DNA of 19,024 nucleotides, from assembly GCF_006345805.1 (NCBI RefSeq), contig NW_021824390.1:1-19024 (forward strand). The letters are read 5' to 3'. This document shows, piece by piece, positions 9,961 to 18,109 of this stretch (within the stretch, counting starts at the first letter, position 1; each line of letters opens with the position of its first letter). The translations under genes and the position numbers were made by a program. This DNA is from Octopus sinensis. Its lineage: Eukaryota. The notes under the pieces are model-generated. The model saw only the letters and a program-made list of their open reading frames with translations, did no database searches and had not been told where the DNA came from.

Positions 9961-10128
9961 GATGGGCTTCTTTCAGTTTCCTTCAACCAAGTTCACTCAC
10001 AAGGCCTTGGTCAATGTGAGACGAGACTACATATAGTAGAAGACACTTGCCGAAGGTGCCACACAGTGGGACTGAACCCAGAACCATGTGATTGGGAAGT
10101 AAGCTTCTTACCACACAGCCAATCCTGT
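9961..10128 (-). mobile_element. SINE family A, 5' half
   Basis: Reverse complement aligns to 9290-9445, including the B box (GGGACTGAACCC on the + strand). Confidence 0.88.
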
Positions 10129-10146
10129 ATTTGTTTTATATGTATA

Positions 10147-10556
10147 CTAGCAGCATAACCCGACGTTGCCCGGGTATGTAAGAGCCCCTAGTAGGCAACG
10201 ACTAATCCCAATCTAGTTCTTTCCCTCCAGGGAACGAAGGCGCATGTGTAGGTTGCAACGTCTTCTCTTCACTCGAATACTTCTAAGTATACGATGTTCC
10301 TAGCTGTCTCCCAACAGAAAATGTGTTGCATATAAAAAGCTTAGATTCTCGACCCCATGTCGAATTTATCAATTTTTTTCAGAACTGGGGGAACTTTTCA
10401 AACTTTTCGCTGCGTTAGTTTTGAATTATGACATTGGGCTATGTGTGTGTTAAGTTTCATCAGAATCGGTTGAAAGCCGTGGTCAGGGTGAGGGTACAAC
10501 CTGACAGACACACAGACACGCACACAGACAAACTGCCGTTTATATATAGAGAGAGA
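10147..10556 (-). mobile_element. Non-autonomous Helitron H1 (410 bp)
   Basis: On the - strand: A|TC start at 10556, 3' hairpin CCCGGGCAACGTCGGG (10159-10174), 8 nt, then CTAG|T ending at 10147. The first ~213 bp are shared with 10950-11160 and 16781-16990. These termini match the established Helitron signature. Confidence 0.85.
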
Positions 10557-10572
10557 TACGCACATATATATA

Positions 10573-10900
10573 TAAACTTAGATAAAACTTAGATATGTTT
10601 CGACCAATGATTGGTCCAGGCCATGTCTAACTTAATAGCGCCACATGATAGGATTATTCGAATCCTGTTTAAGTCAAGTTTTGTTTCTGGTCCATTCAAG
10701 TAGTGAGTTTTTGTTGGGTGAGTTGTATCCAATTATGGGTGGCTTATCTGGTATTCCTTGAAGGAATCTATCCAGACTCCGTTTAAAGTTGATGGGATCC
10801 TGTTCCTCTTTGATCTCTTTCGGGACAATGTTAAATAGGGCAGGGCCTGTTGAGGAAAAGAAATTATGTTGTAGTGTACATGTATGCTGTGATCTTGAAC
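10573..10900 (-). mobile_element. 5'-truncated CR1-group LINE: ORF2 C-terminus plus 3' UTR
   Basis: Translates as HNFFSSTGPALFNIVPKEIKEEQDPINFKRSLDRFLQGIPDKPPIIGYNSPNKNSLLEW...stop (TGA 10674-10676), matching the GPxLFN..P....FK..LDxFL..IPD.P pattern of CR1-group RT C-termini. A terminal stem-loop and short tandem tail follow. Homologous to 18378-18773. Confidence 0.85.
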
Positions 10901-10949
<49 letters not shown>

Positions 10950-10950
<1 letters not shown>

Positions 10951-11272
10951 CTCTCTCTATATAAACGGCAGTTTGTCTGTGCGTGTTTCTGTGTGTCTGT
11001 TTTCTTTGTACCCTCACCCTGACCACGGCTTTCAACCGATTCTGATGAAACTTGACACACACATAGCCCAATGTCATAATTCAAACTAACGCAGCGAAAA
11101 TTTTGAAAAGTCCCCCAGTTTCTGAAAAAAATCGATAAATTCGACATGGGGTCGAGAATCAGAAACACACAACCACAGACTGTCTAGGGGACGCAACTCC
11201 ACCTTTTTTAACTAAAAAAAAATTTACCATCATTTTTTTCCATCTTTTTGCTTTTTTTGGCTATACTGCTAG
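10950..11272 (+). mobile_element. Non-autonomous Helitron H2 (3' hairpin deleted)
   Basis: A|TC start at 10950, CTAG|T end at 11272; colinear with 16781-17148 except for a deletion just upstream of CTGCTAG that removes the hairpin. Confidence 0.85.
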
Positions 11273-11289
11273 TGTATGTATATTTTCAA

Positions 11290-11470
11290 CTTATTTTATG
11301 ATCAAGGCAGCCAGATCTGGCCTCTTGCACCTTTCCCACAATGTCATTGTAGGATTAAACAATCACATCGTTGAAATCTCAAAGCGATGAGATAATCCAT
11401 GATTAATCCCTTAGCAACGTGGATAAATAAGGATTACATTTGACACGATAATCCGAATGCTAAAAGGTTT
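11290..11470. mobile_element. Degenerate MITE-like repeat fragment (possible TTAA/CCCTTTAG-type terminus)
   Basis: Right end GAATGCTAAAAGGTTTA resembles a ...GCTAAAGGG|TTAA terminus that I recall from octopus MITEs. There is no second copy and no left TIR in this window. Confidence 0.3.
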
Positions 11471-11615
11471 ATGTTGCAACACCAATAACCATTTCCATTT
11501 ATGGTACCATCTTCTCCATCAGCCAGAACCGAAACTACCATCGTCTTTACCATCCTGATGTTCCCCACCCCCTGTTGAGACTGCCACCACCACCACCACC
11601 ACTACCGCTATTACT

Positions 11616-12240
11616 AAAATAGGGGTACTACTAACTACAATCCATGCTGACCATGGCCACCACCAGTGAAATTTGGGTACAACTAACAACTCACGTTAAC
11701 CATGGCCACCACCTTTAAATAGGAGCACAACTAACAACTCATGCTAACCATGGCCACCACCAGTAAAACTGGGGTACAACTAGCAATCCATGCTATCCAT
11801 GGCTACCACCAGTAAAATTGGGGTACTACTAACAATTCAGGCTAACCATGGCCACCACCAGTAAAACTGGGGTACAACTAACAATCCATGCTATCCATGG
11901 CTACCGCCAGTAAAATTGGGGTACTACTAGCAATTCAGGCTAACCATGGCCACCACCAGTAAAACTGGGGTACAACTAACAATCCATGCTATCCATGTCT
12001 ACCGCTAGTAAAATTGGGGTACTACTAACAATCCAAGCTAACCATAGCCACCACCAGTAAAACTGGGGTACAACTAACAATCCATGCTATCGATGGCTAC
12101 CACCAGTAAAATTGGGATACTACTAACAATCCAGGCTAACCATGGCCACCACCAGTAAAACTGGGGTACAACTAACAATTCAAGCTAGTCATGGCCATCA
12201 CTAGTGAAATAAGAGTACTGTTAGCATCATCATTAGTGGG
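11616..12240. repeat. 49-bp minisatellite, ~13 units, with alternating A/B subunits (98-bp higher-order repeat)
   Basis: Units start at 11765, 11814, 11863, 11912, 11961, 12010, 12059, 12108 and 12157 (exact 49-bp period); degenerate units start at ~11616, 11668, 11717 and beyond 12206. Confidence 0.97.
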
Positions 12241-12399
12241 AGTACTTTTAACAGCCTTGCTGGCCATGACCATCACAACTGTAACCATTAAAATAGGGAT
12301 GCTACTTACAACCAACCCGTATCATGGCTACTGCTTCCTAACATTTGCACTATTAGGGGTGCAATTTACCCCAGATGTTGCTACTGTTTCTATCGGTAT

Positions 12400-12810
12400 C
12401 ATTGAACCATCGTCAACGTCTACTACCACCACTACCACTACCATCACTACTACCACTACTACCACCACCACTACCATATCTGCTACCACCACCACTACCA
12501 TCTCTACTACTACCATCACTACTACCACCGCCACTACTAACCCACCATCACTACTACCACCACTACCATCTCTACTACTACCATCACTACTACCAGCACC
12601 ACCACTACCCCACCACCACCACCACCACTACCACCTCTACTGCCACCACTACCATCACTACTACGACCACCACCACACTAATGAAGTACTTCTGACAGTT
12701 TATGCTAAAATCATGACCACTGCCACCACCGCCACTACCATCACTGCTACTACCACAACCACCACCATCACTACCACCACCACCACCACCACCACCACCA
12801 CCACCACTAA
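12400..12810. repeat. (ACC/ACT/CAT)n cryptic trinucleotide tract
   Basis: Mixed ACC/ACT/ATC triplets, interrupted by a short complex segment at ~12680-12715. Confidence 0.9.
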
Positions 12811-12833
12811 CCTCCCTCACATTTCTCTTTCAG

Positions 12834-12887
12834 TTCCAGACCCACGAGATTATACAGAAATAATGCGAGGAGACCAAGATATCAAAG
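12834..12887 (+). CDS. Internal coding exon (54 nt, phase 1-1) of an unidentified gene: xPDPRDYTEIMRGDQDIK(G)
   Basis: Branch-point match CACTAAC (12805-12811), pyrimidine tract CTCCCTCACATTTCTCTTTCAG, donor AAG|GTATAT at 12888, length divisible by 3, stop-free, and an island of complex sequence between two low-complexity tracts. The protein is not recognised. Confidence 0.7.
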
Positions 12888-12889
12888 GT

Positions 12890-13855
12890 ATATGTCTTCT
12901 TCCTCTTCTGCCTCCTGTCTTCCTTTTCTGTCTTCTTTCTCTTCTCCCTCCTCTACCTTTCCATTCTGTCCCTTTTCGCCCATCCTCCTCTCCCTCCATC
13001 TTCTTTTCCATTTACTGTCTTCCTCTTCCACTTCTGCCTCCTGTCTTCCTCTTCCGCTTCTGCGTCCTGTCTTCCTCTTCCGTCCTCTTCCACTTCTGCC
13101 TCCTGTCTTCCTCTTCCATCCTCTTCCAATTCTGCCTCCTGTCTTCTTCTTCCACTTCTGCCTCCTGTTTTCCTCTTCCACTTCTGCCTGCAGTCTTCCT
13201 CTTCCGTCCTCTTCTGCTTCTGCCTCCTGTCTTCCTCTTCCGCTCCTGTTTCCACCTCTTCCGCTCCTGTCTTCTCTTTTCCGCCTCCTGTCTTCCTCTT
13301 CCGCTTCTGCCTCCTGTCTTCCTCTTCTGCTTCTGCTCCTTCTTTCCCTTTCCATCCATCCTCTTCACTTCTGCCTCCTGCCTTCCTCTTCTTCTTCCAT
13401 CCTCTTCCACTTCTGTCTCCTGTCTTCCTCTTCTGCTTCTGCTTCCTGTCTTCTTCTTCCGTCCTCTTCCGCTTCTGCCTCCTGTCTTCCTCTTCCAGCC
13501 TCTTCCACTTCTGCCTCCTGTCTTTCCCTTCCATCCTCTTCCACTTCTGCCTCCTGTCTTCCGCTTCCACCTCCTGTCTTCCTCTTCTGTCCCCTTTCAC
13601 TTTTGTCTCCTCCTCTTCACCTCTTCTCTTCACCTCCCATCTTCTCTAATTTCTGTCTACTTCCCCTCCTGTCTTCTTTCACCTCTGTCTCCTGTCCCTT
13701 TCCATTCTCTCTCCTTTCTCCTGTCATCGTCTCCTTCTATCTGCTTCCTCTTCTGTCTCCTTCCATTTCTGTTGCCTGTCCTCTTCCACTTCTTCCTCCT
13801 CCTCCTCTCCTCCTTCTTCCTCCTCCTCCTTCTTCTTCTCTTTCTTCTTCTTTGT
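12890..13855. repeat. Pyrimidine-rich minisatellite: 26-bp unit TCCTCTTCCACTTCTGCCTCCTGTCT with optional 10-bp TCCTCTTCCR insert
   Basis: Clear units from ~13020 to 13570, degenerating into (CCT/CTT)n at both ends; source of the 226-559 aa L/S/F/P or R/G/E ORFs. Confidence 0.92.
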
Positions 13856-13879
13856 TTTCACAACTATTGATATTCTATA

Positions 13880-14246
13880 TACAAAATATATATATATATA
13901 TATATATATACTATTTATTTCTTCAACACATGTGGCATAGCATTATATGTGCCTATGTGTATCTGTGAGTATATACACCACACATATACATACATTGAAA
14001 TGAATATTTTATATACATATATATATACATATATATATATATATAGATATAATATATATATATATATATATACACCTGAAGGATTTATGCCTTTTGCATT
14101 AATGCAAGCAATATAGGTAATATATTTATTATAATTATAATAATACAAATTATTTACATGTCTTTAAGTTATGAAAACAATTTGTTGTGATATTACAATT
14201 TTGTTACTGTTAAAAATAATTTCATCAGACTATTTCTGTTATTATG

Positions 14247-14291
<45 letters not shown>

Positions 14292-14345
14292 TATCTTATA
14301 TATAATCTATATATATAATTACACATATATATATATGTATGTATG

Positions 14346-14377
<32 letters not shown>

Positions 14378-14470
14378 TATATATATATATGTATGTATAT
14401 ATATATATGTATATATATATATGTATATTATATATATATATATATACGTATTATATATGTGTATGTATGT
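13880..14470. repeat. (TA)n-dominated microsatellite tracts with AT-rich spacer
   Basis: (TA)n/(TATG)n runs at ~13885-13910, 14010-14072 and 14250-14470. Confidence 0.9.
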
Positions 14471-14654
14471 ATATGATGTAATGTGTCATTTTGTCATAGA
14501 TTAAAAAAAACATTTTAACTTCGATTGTCATATTAGTTCTTAACAATCATTCATATAATAATAATAATAATAATTAAGGAGGATGAGAGGAAAATGTGTT
14601 TGTGTGTCCTATATGTGTATCTCAGTGTGTGTTTGTGTGTTTGTATGTATGTAT

Positions 14655-14770
14655 AGGTACAGGTATGGTTCTGTGGTTAAGAATTTGGCTTCACAAGCAA
14701 AATGCTTCGGGTTCAATCCTGCAACACTGTATCATGGGTTAGTGTCTTCATCATAAGTCTGGGTCATAGT
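14655..14770 (+). mobile_element. Degenerate tRNA-headed SINE 5' end (family A-like)
   Basis: A-box-like TGGTTCTGTGGTTAAG, B-box-like GGGTTCAATCC (14708-14718), then decayed CATGGGTTAGTGTCTTC matching CCTTGGGCAAGTGTCTTC. Confidence 0.6.
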
Positions 14771-15312
14771 GCTGGTATAAATATAAATTTAATATTTACT
14801 GAGCATTAATTGAAACAGCTGTAAGGAATGATGATTCATTTTCTGTTAATAATAATAAAAAAATTTTAACTTCTTTATCTCCATTTCCTTTTTCTTCTTT
14901 TATATGAATATAAACTATGTTTTTATCTATATATAGCTATTATTTTAAGGAAATTAATTCCCCCAAAATACTAGATATTGAACTGGTATTTCCTCTGATG
15001 AAACCATCCCCGTATGCGGTTAACACAACCTTTAATTAAATTTAATATATATGTATATATTTTGTGTATCAGTGTGTTGTGAATGAATATCTAGATATGT
15101 ATGAATGGCTCCGAGGAGGCTTATAATGTTGCATGAGCACTCAGCATTCGGTGCACATTTATTACCGAAACAACTGTTAGCTAATGAATGTGATGATGTA
15201 AGTTTTAATTTTTTGTCAACCATTAACTGATATTTATCAGTGTGCATAAATATATACAAATAAATATATATATGTATATACATTAACATACACACACACA
15301 CACACACACACT

Positions 15313-15344
<32 letters not shown>

Positions 15345-15353
<9 letters not shown>

Positions 15354-15569
15354 AGGGAGATGTACTTGCATAGCAAGTGATTTGATCTGAGATCATGTGC
15401 TGAAATGAAAACAATTGCAGCGTGGAAGGTGTTTGTAAGCCATTTAAGAAACACACAAAAACCGTTTGATTCACTTCTACATTTAAGTTTGATTTGTCAA
15501 AATATTTTCGTCGCTTTAAGACCGCGACCTGTTCACTGACAAAAATCCGTGCTGCACGCTGCAATTGTT
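15345..15569. repeat. Unclassified interspersed repeat between (TA)n runs, containing a perfect 15-bp inverted repeat
   Basis: AACAATTGCAGCGTG (15410-15424) and CACGCTGCAATTGTT (15555-15569). Repeat status is recalled from octopus sequence and is not demonstrable in this window. Confidence 0.45.
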
Positions 15570-15625
15570 ATATATATATATATATATATCCCTCATCGTC
15601 GTAACCAACAGAGTGCTTCCTTCCT

Positions 15626-15662
<37 letters not shown>

Positions 15663-16077
15663 TACTTTAAATTAGCAGAGTAATTTGAAAATTCGTATTT
15701 ATGTATTAGTTTAGCAGATTTTTTTTATGTGCAATCATGTATTGAAATAGATATTGTTAATTCGTAAAATATGACCATCCCTAAGGATGACAACGAAAAT
15801 TTAGTCCCTTCTGTATTCTTTATGTTCCAGACTATGTCTGTGGAATCTCATACTGAATTTTAGAGAGCCATTATTGTAGTAAAGATTGTTTGCCAACATA
15901 AAATGGCATTCCTGGTTTAGGACAAATGTTACTGTAATTTAGCCCCAGGAGACATCGTCTCCAGCTGGCTATACGACATGATCTGTGTCCTTATATTTTC
16001 GAACAAGGGAATCTAGCACCCCCACTCAGCTCAAAACAATATCTGTGTATCACGATTTCCAGGTTATTTCTCTTCAT

Positions 16078-16351
16078 CAGCACCATCCAATCGTGGCCAT
16101 TGCCAGCCTTGCCTGGCCTCCGTGCCGGTGGCACGTAAACAGCATCATCCGATCGTGGCTGCTCGCCAGCCTCGCCTGGCATGTAAAAAGCACCCACTAC
16201 ACTCATGTAGTGGTTGGCGTTAGGAAGGGCACCCAGCTGTAGAAACACTGCCAGATAAGACTGGGCCTGGTGCAGCCTTCTGGCTTCCCAGACCCCAGTT
16301 GCACCGTCCAATCCATGCCAGCATGGAAAGCGGACGCTAAATGATGATGAT
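16078..16351 (+). mobile_element. 3' terminal segment of an RTE-type retroposon (LINE 3' UTR or RTE-dependent SINE)
   Basis: Internal tandem duplication (CAYCATCCRATCGTGGC...GCCAGCCTYGCCTGGC at 16081 and 16143), GGTTGGCGTTAGGAAGGGCA motif, end GGAAAGCGGACGCTAAA(TGA)n. The same terminus appears on the - strand at ~18786-18810. Confidence 0.7.
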
Positions 16352-16532
16352 CAGCACAGAATAATTGCTTGGCTAGAGGTGGCGCTGCCATATTTCCATT
16401 CAAAATATATAGTTTTCAAAGTGACAACAAGTCACTGACTTATAAATAAGAAAATTATTATTTCTAAATCTCACAACGAGAGATATTCAGCAGCAGTACT
16501 TTGGAGTAAAGATTGTTTGCTAACATAACATG

Positions 16533-16772
16533 GCACTGGGATCGCAAATACAATTTCCATTTGATCTTGATGTACTTCACTCAAAAGGTCTCCTCAAGCA
16601 CGGCATGTCACCCTACGATCCAATGTACTTTTGAGTGGGCTGGTTATGTGACACTGGTGTAGGTTACAACTGTGGACTCACTTTATTTGCCGGGTCTTCT
16701 CAGTCACAGCATACCTCCAGAGGTATGCTGTCTTTTGTCATTGCCTCTGTGAAGCCCAACGTTCAAACGTCA
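16533..16772 (-). mobile_element. RTE-clade LINE remnant: ORF2 C-terminus plus part of the 3' UTR
   Basis: The - strand reads TLGFTEAMTKD / LWRYAVTEKTRQIK* (TGA 16678-16680) with one frameshift, matching the A.DR..WR..V tail of RTE ORF2. Its 5' side abuts (TA)n and Helitron H3. Confidence 0.72.
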
Positions 16773-16780
16773 TATATATA

Positions 16781-17147
16781 TCTCTCTATATATAAACGGC
16801 AGTTTGTCTGAGTGTGTTTCTGTTGGTCCGTTTTCTCGTACCCTCACCCTGACCACGGCTTTCAACCGATTCTGATGAAACTTGACACACACATAGCCCA
16901 ATGTCATAATTCAAAACTAACGCAGTGAAAATTTTGAAAAGTTCCCCAGTTCTGAAAAAATCGATAAATTCGACATGGGGTCGAGAATCAGAAACACAAA
17001 CCACAGACTGTCTAGGGGACGCACTCGACCTTTTTAACTAAAAAAAAATTTACCATCATTTTTTCCCATTGTTTGGCTATAACTCTCTAAAAATGCTTTA
17101 TAGTTATTTCCTTACAAACCCGAGCAACGCCGGGCGCGATACTGCTA

Positions 17148-17148
<1 letters not shown>
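16781..17148 (+). mobile_element. Non-autonomous Helitron H3 (368 bp, intact termini)
   Basis: A|TC start at 16781, hairpin CCCGAGCAACGCCGGG (17119-17134), 10 nt, CTAG|T end at 17148; inserted in (TA)n. Confidence 0.88.
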
Positions 17149-17183
<35 letters not shown>

Positions 17184-17251
17184 ATATATATATATATATA
17201 TATTATGTATACTACATATGTATATATATGTATATACATATATATACATAT

Positions 17252-17297
<46 letters not shown>

Positions 17298-17301
<4 letters not shown>

Positions 17302-17495
17302 ATCCAAACAAGAAAGCACAAAAAAACATAACAACACGAGGACGTGGAACAAATATATATTACTGGATGCTCAGGAAAGAAGGAGGATTTAACGTTTCGA
17401 GCGGAGCTCTTCGTCGGAACATAGGAGAAGGAAAGATCCGAGAAGGGAAGACAGAGGAAAAAAATCGCCAACGGTACACACAAGGTCACATTTAT
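17298..17495 (-). mobile_element. Penelope-like element terminal fragment between (TA)n tracts
   Basis: Carries a minimal hammerhead-like motif (next feature); such motifs are an established hallmark of Penelope-like element pseudo-LTRs. No RT or GIY-YIG coding sequence is seen. Confidence 0.5.
17388..17420 (-). ncRNA. Minimal hammerhead-ribozyme-like motif 1 (degenerate)
   Basis: The - strand reads CCGACGA-A-GAGC-TCC-GCTC-GAA-ACGT-T: CUGANGA-like core with U4C, 4-bp stem II, GAAA, palindromic ACGU stem III; stem I is only ~2 bp. Confidence 0.55.
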
Positions 17496-17570
17496 ATATA
17501 TATGTATATACATATATAGTATGTATATACATATAATATATATACATATATATATTATATATGTACATAC

Positions 17571-17602
<32 letters not shown>

Positions 17603-17775
17603 GTATATACATATAATATATATGTATATATGTATATATATATAAGTTTTAACAATTAAGGATAATCTCTTAATAAGGGATCTTAACAAGAAATTACAGG
17701 TAGCTAGCGTGAAAACCTCATAAAAGAAAAGAATCCGAAAATAATTTTTTTTCTTCTGAACAAATTATTATATCT

Positions 17776-18005
17776 ATATTGTATAGAGGGCATTATTACA
17801 CATAAATGCCTCACACTAGGAGGGACAGAGTCATTACTACCAAAATTATACTAATCATACCAAATGCAGTTTTTCAAAGCAAGACCATTTTTAATGTCTT
17901 GCTTTGAAAAACTGCATTTGGTATGATTAGTATAATTTTGGTAGTAATGACTCTGTCCCTCCTAGTGTGAGGCATTTATGTGTAATAATGCCCTCTATAC
18001 AATAT
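17776..18005. repeat. Perfect palindrome: 110-bp inverted arms with a 10-nt spacer
   Basis: 17776-17885 is the exact reverse complement of 17896-18005 (checked base by base); the spacer is CATTTTTAAT. Confidence 0.98.
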
Positions 18006-18020
18006 GTAATATATATATAT

Positions 18021-18056
<36 letters not shown>

Positions 18057-18109
18057 AGGAAAATAAGACAAGGTAGAAAATGCTAAAATAATTTTATCAT
18101 GAAGAACAT

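Noticed and set aside
11040-11060. CTGATGA in the Helitron 5' module and at ~14995 as hammerhead cores
   Set aside because: No stem II closed by GAAA at the right spacing.
10147-11272. H1 plus H2 as the TIRs of one composite DNA transposon carrying a CR1 fragment
   Set aside because: The inverted modules are internal 5' ends facing outward, each element has its own A|T target and CTAG end, and there is no shared target-site duplication.
12834-12887. Collagen identity suggested by the 54-nt exon length
   Set aside because: No Gly-X-Y periodicity in the peptide.
12191-13968. Long ORFs of 559, 358, 226 and 157 aa
   Set aside because: They are translations of (ACC)n and CT-rich minisatellites that cannot encode stops in several frames. 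Only the 54-nt spliced segment is supported.
15125-15180. EGF-like CFGNKCAPNAEC on the - strand
   Set aside because: Only the first three Cys fit; C4-C6 spacing is absent.
16078-16772. Twin-priming (5' inversion) structure joining the two RTE-type fragments
   Set aside because: The inverted ORF2 piece lies downstream of the tail rather than upstream and is separated by ~180 bp of other sequence; independent insertions are more parsimonious.
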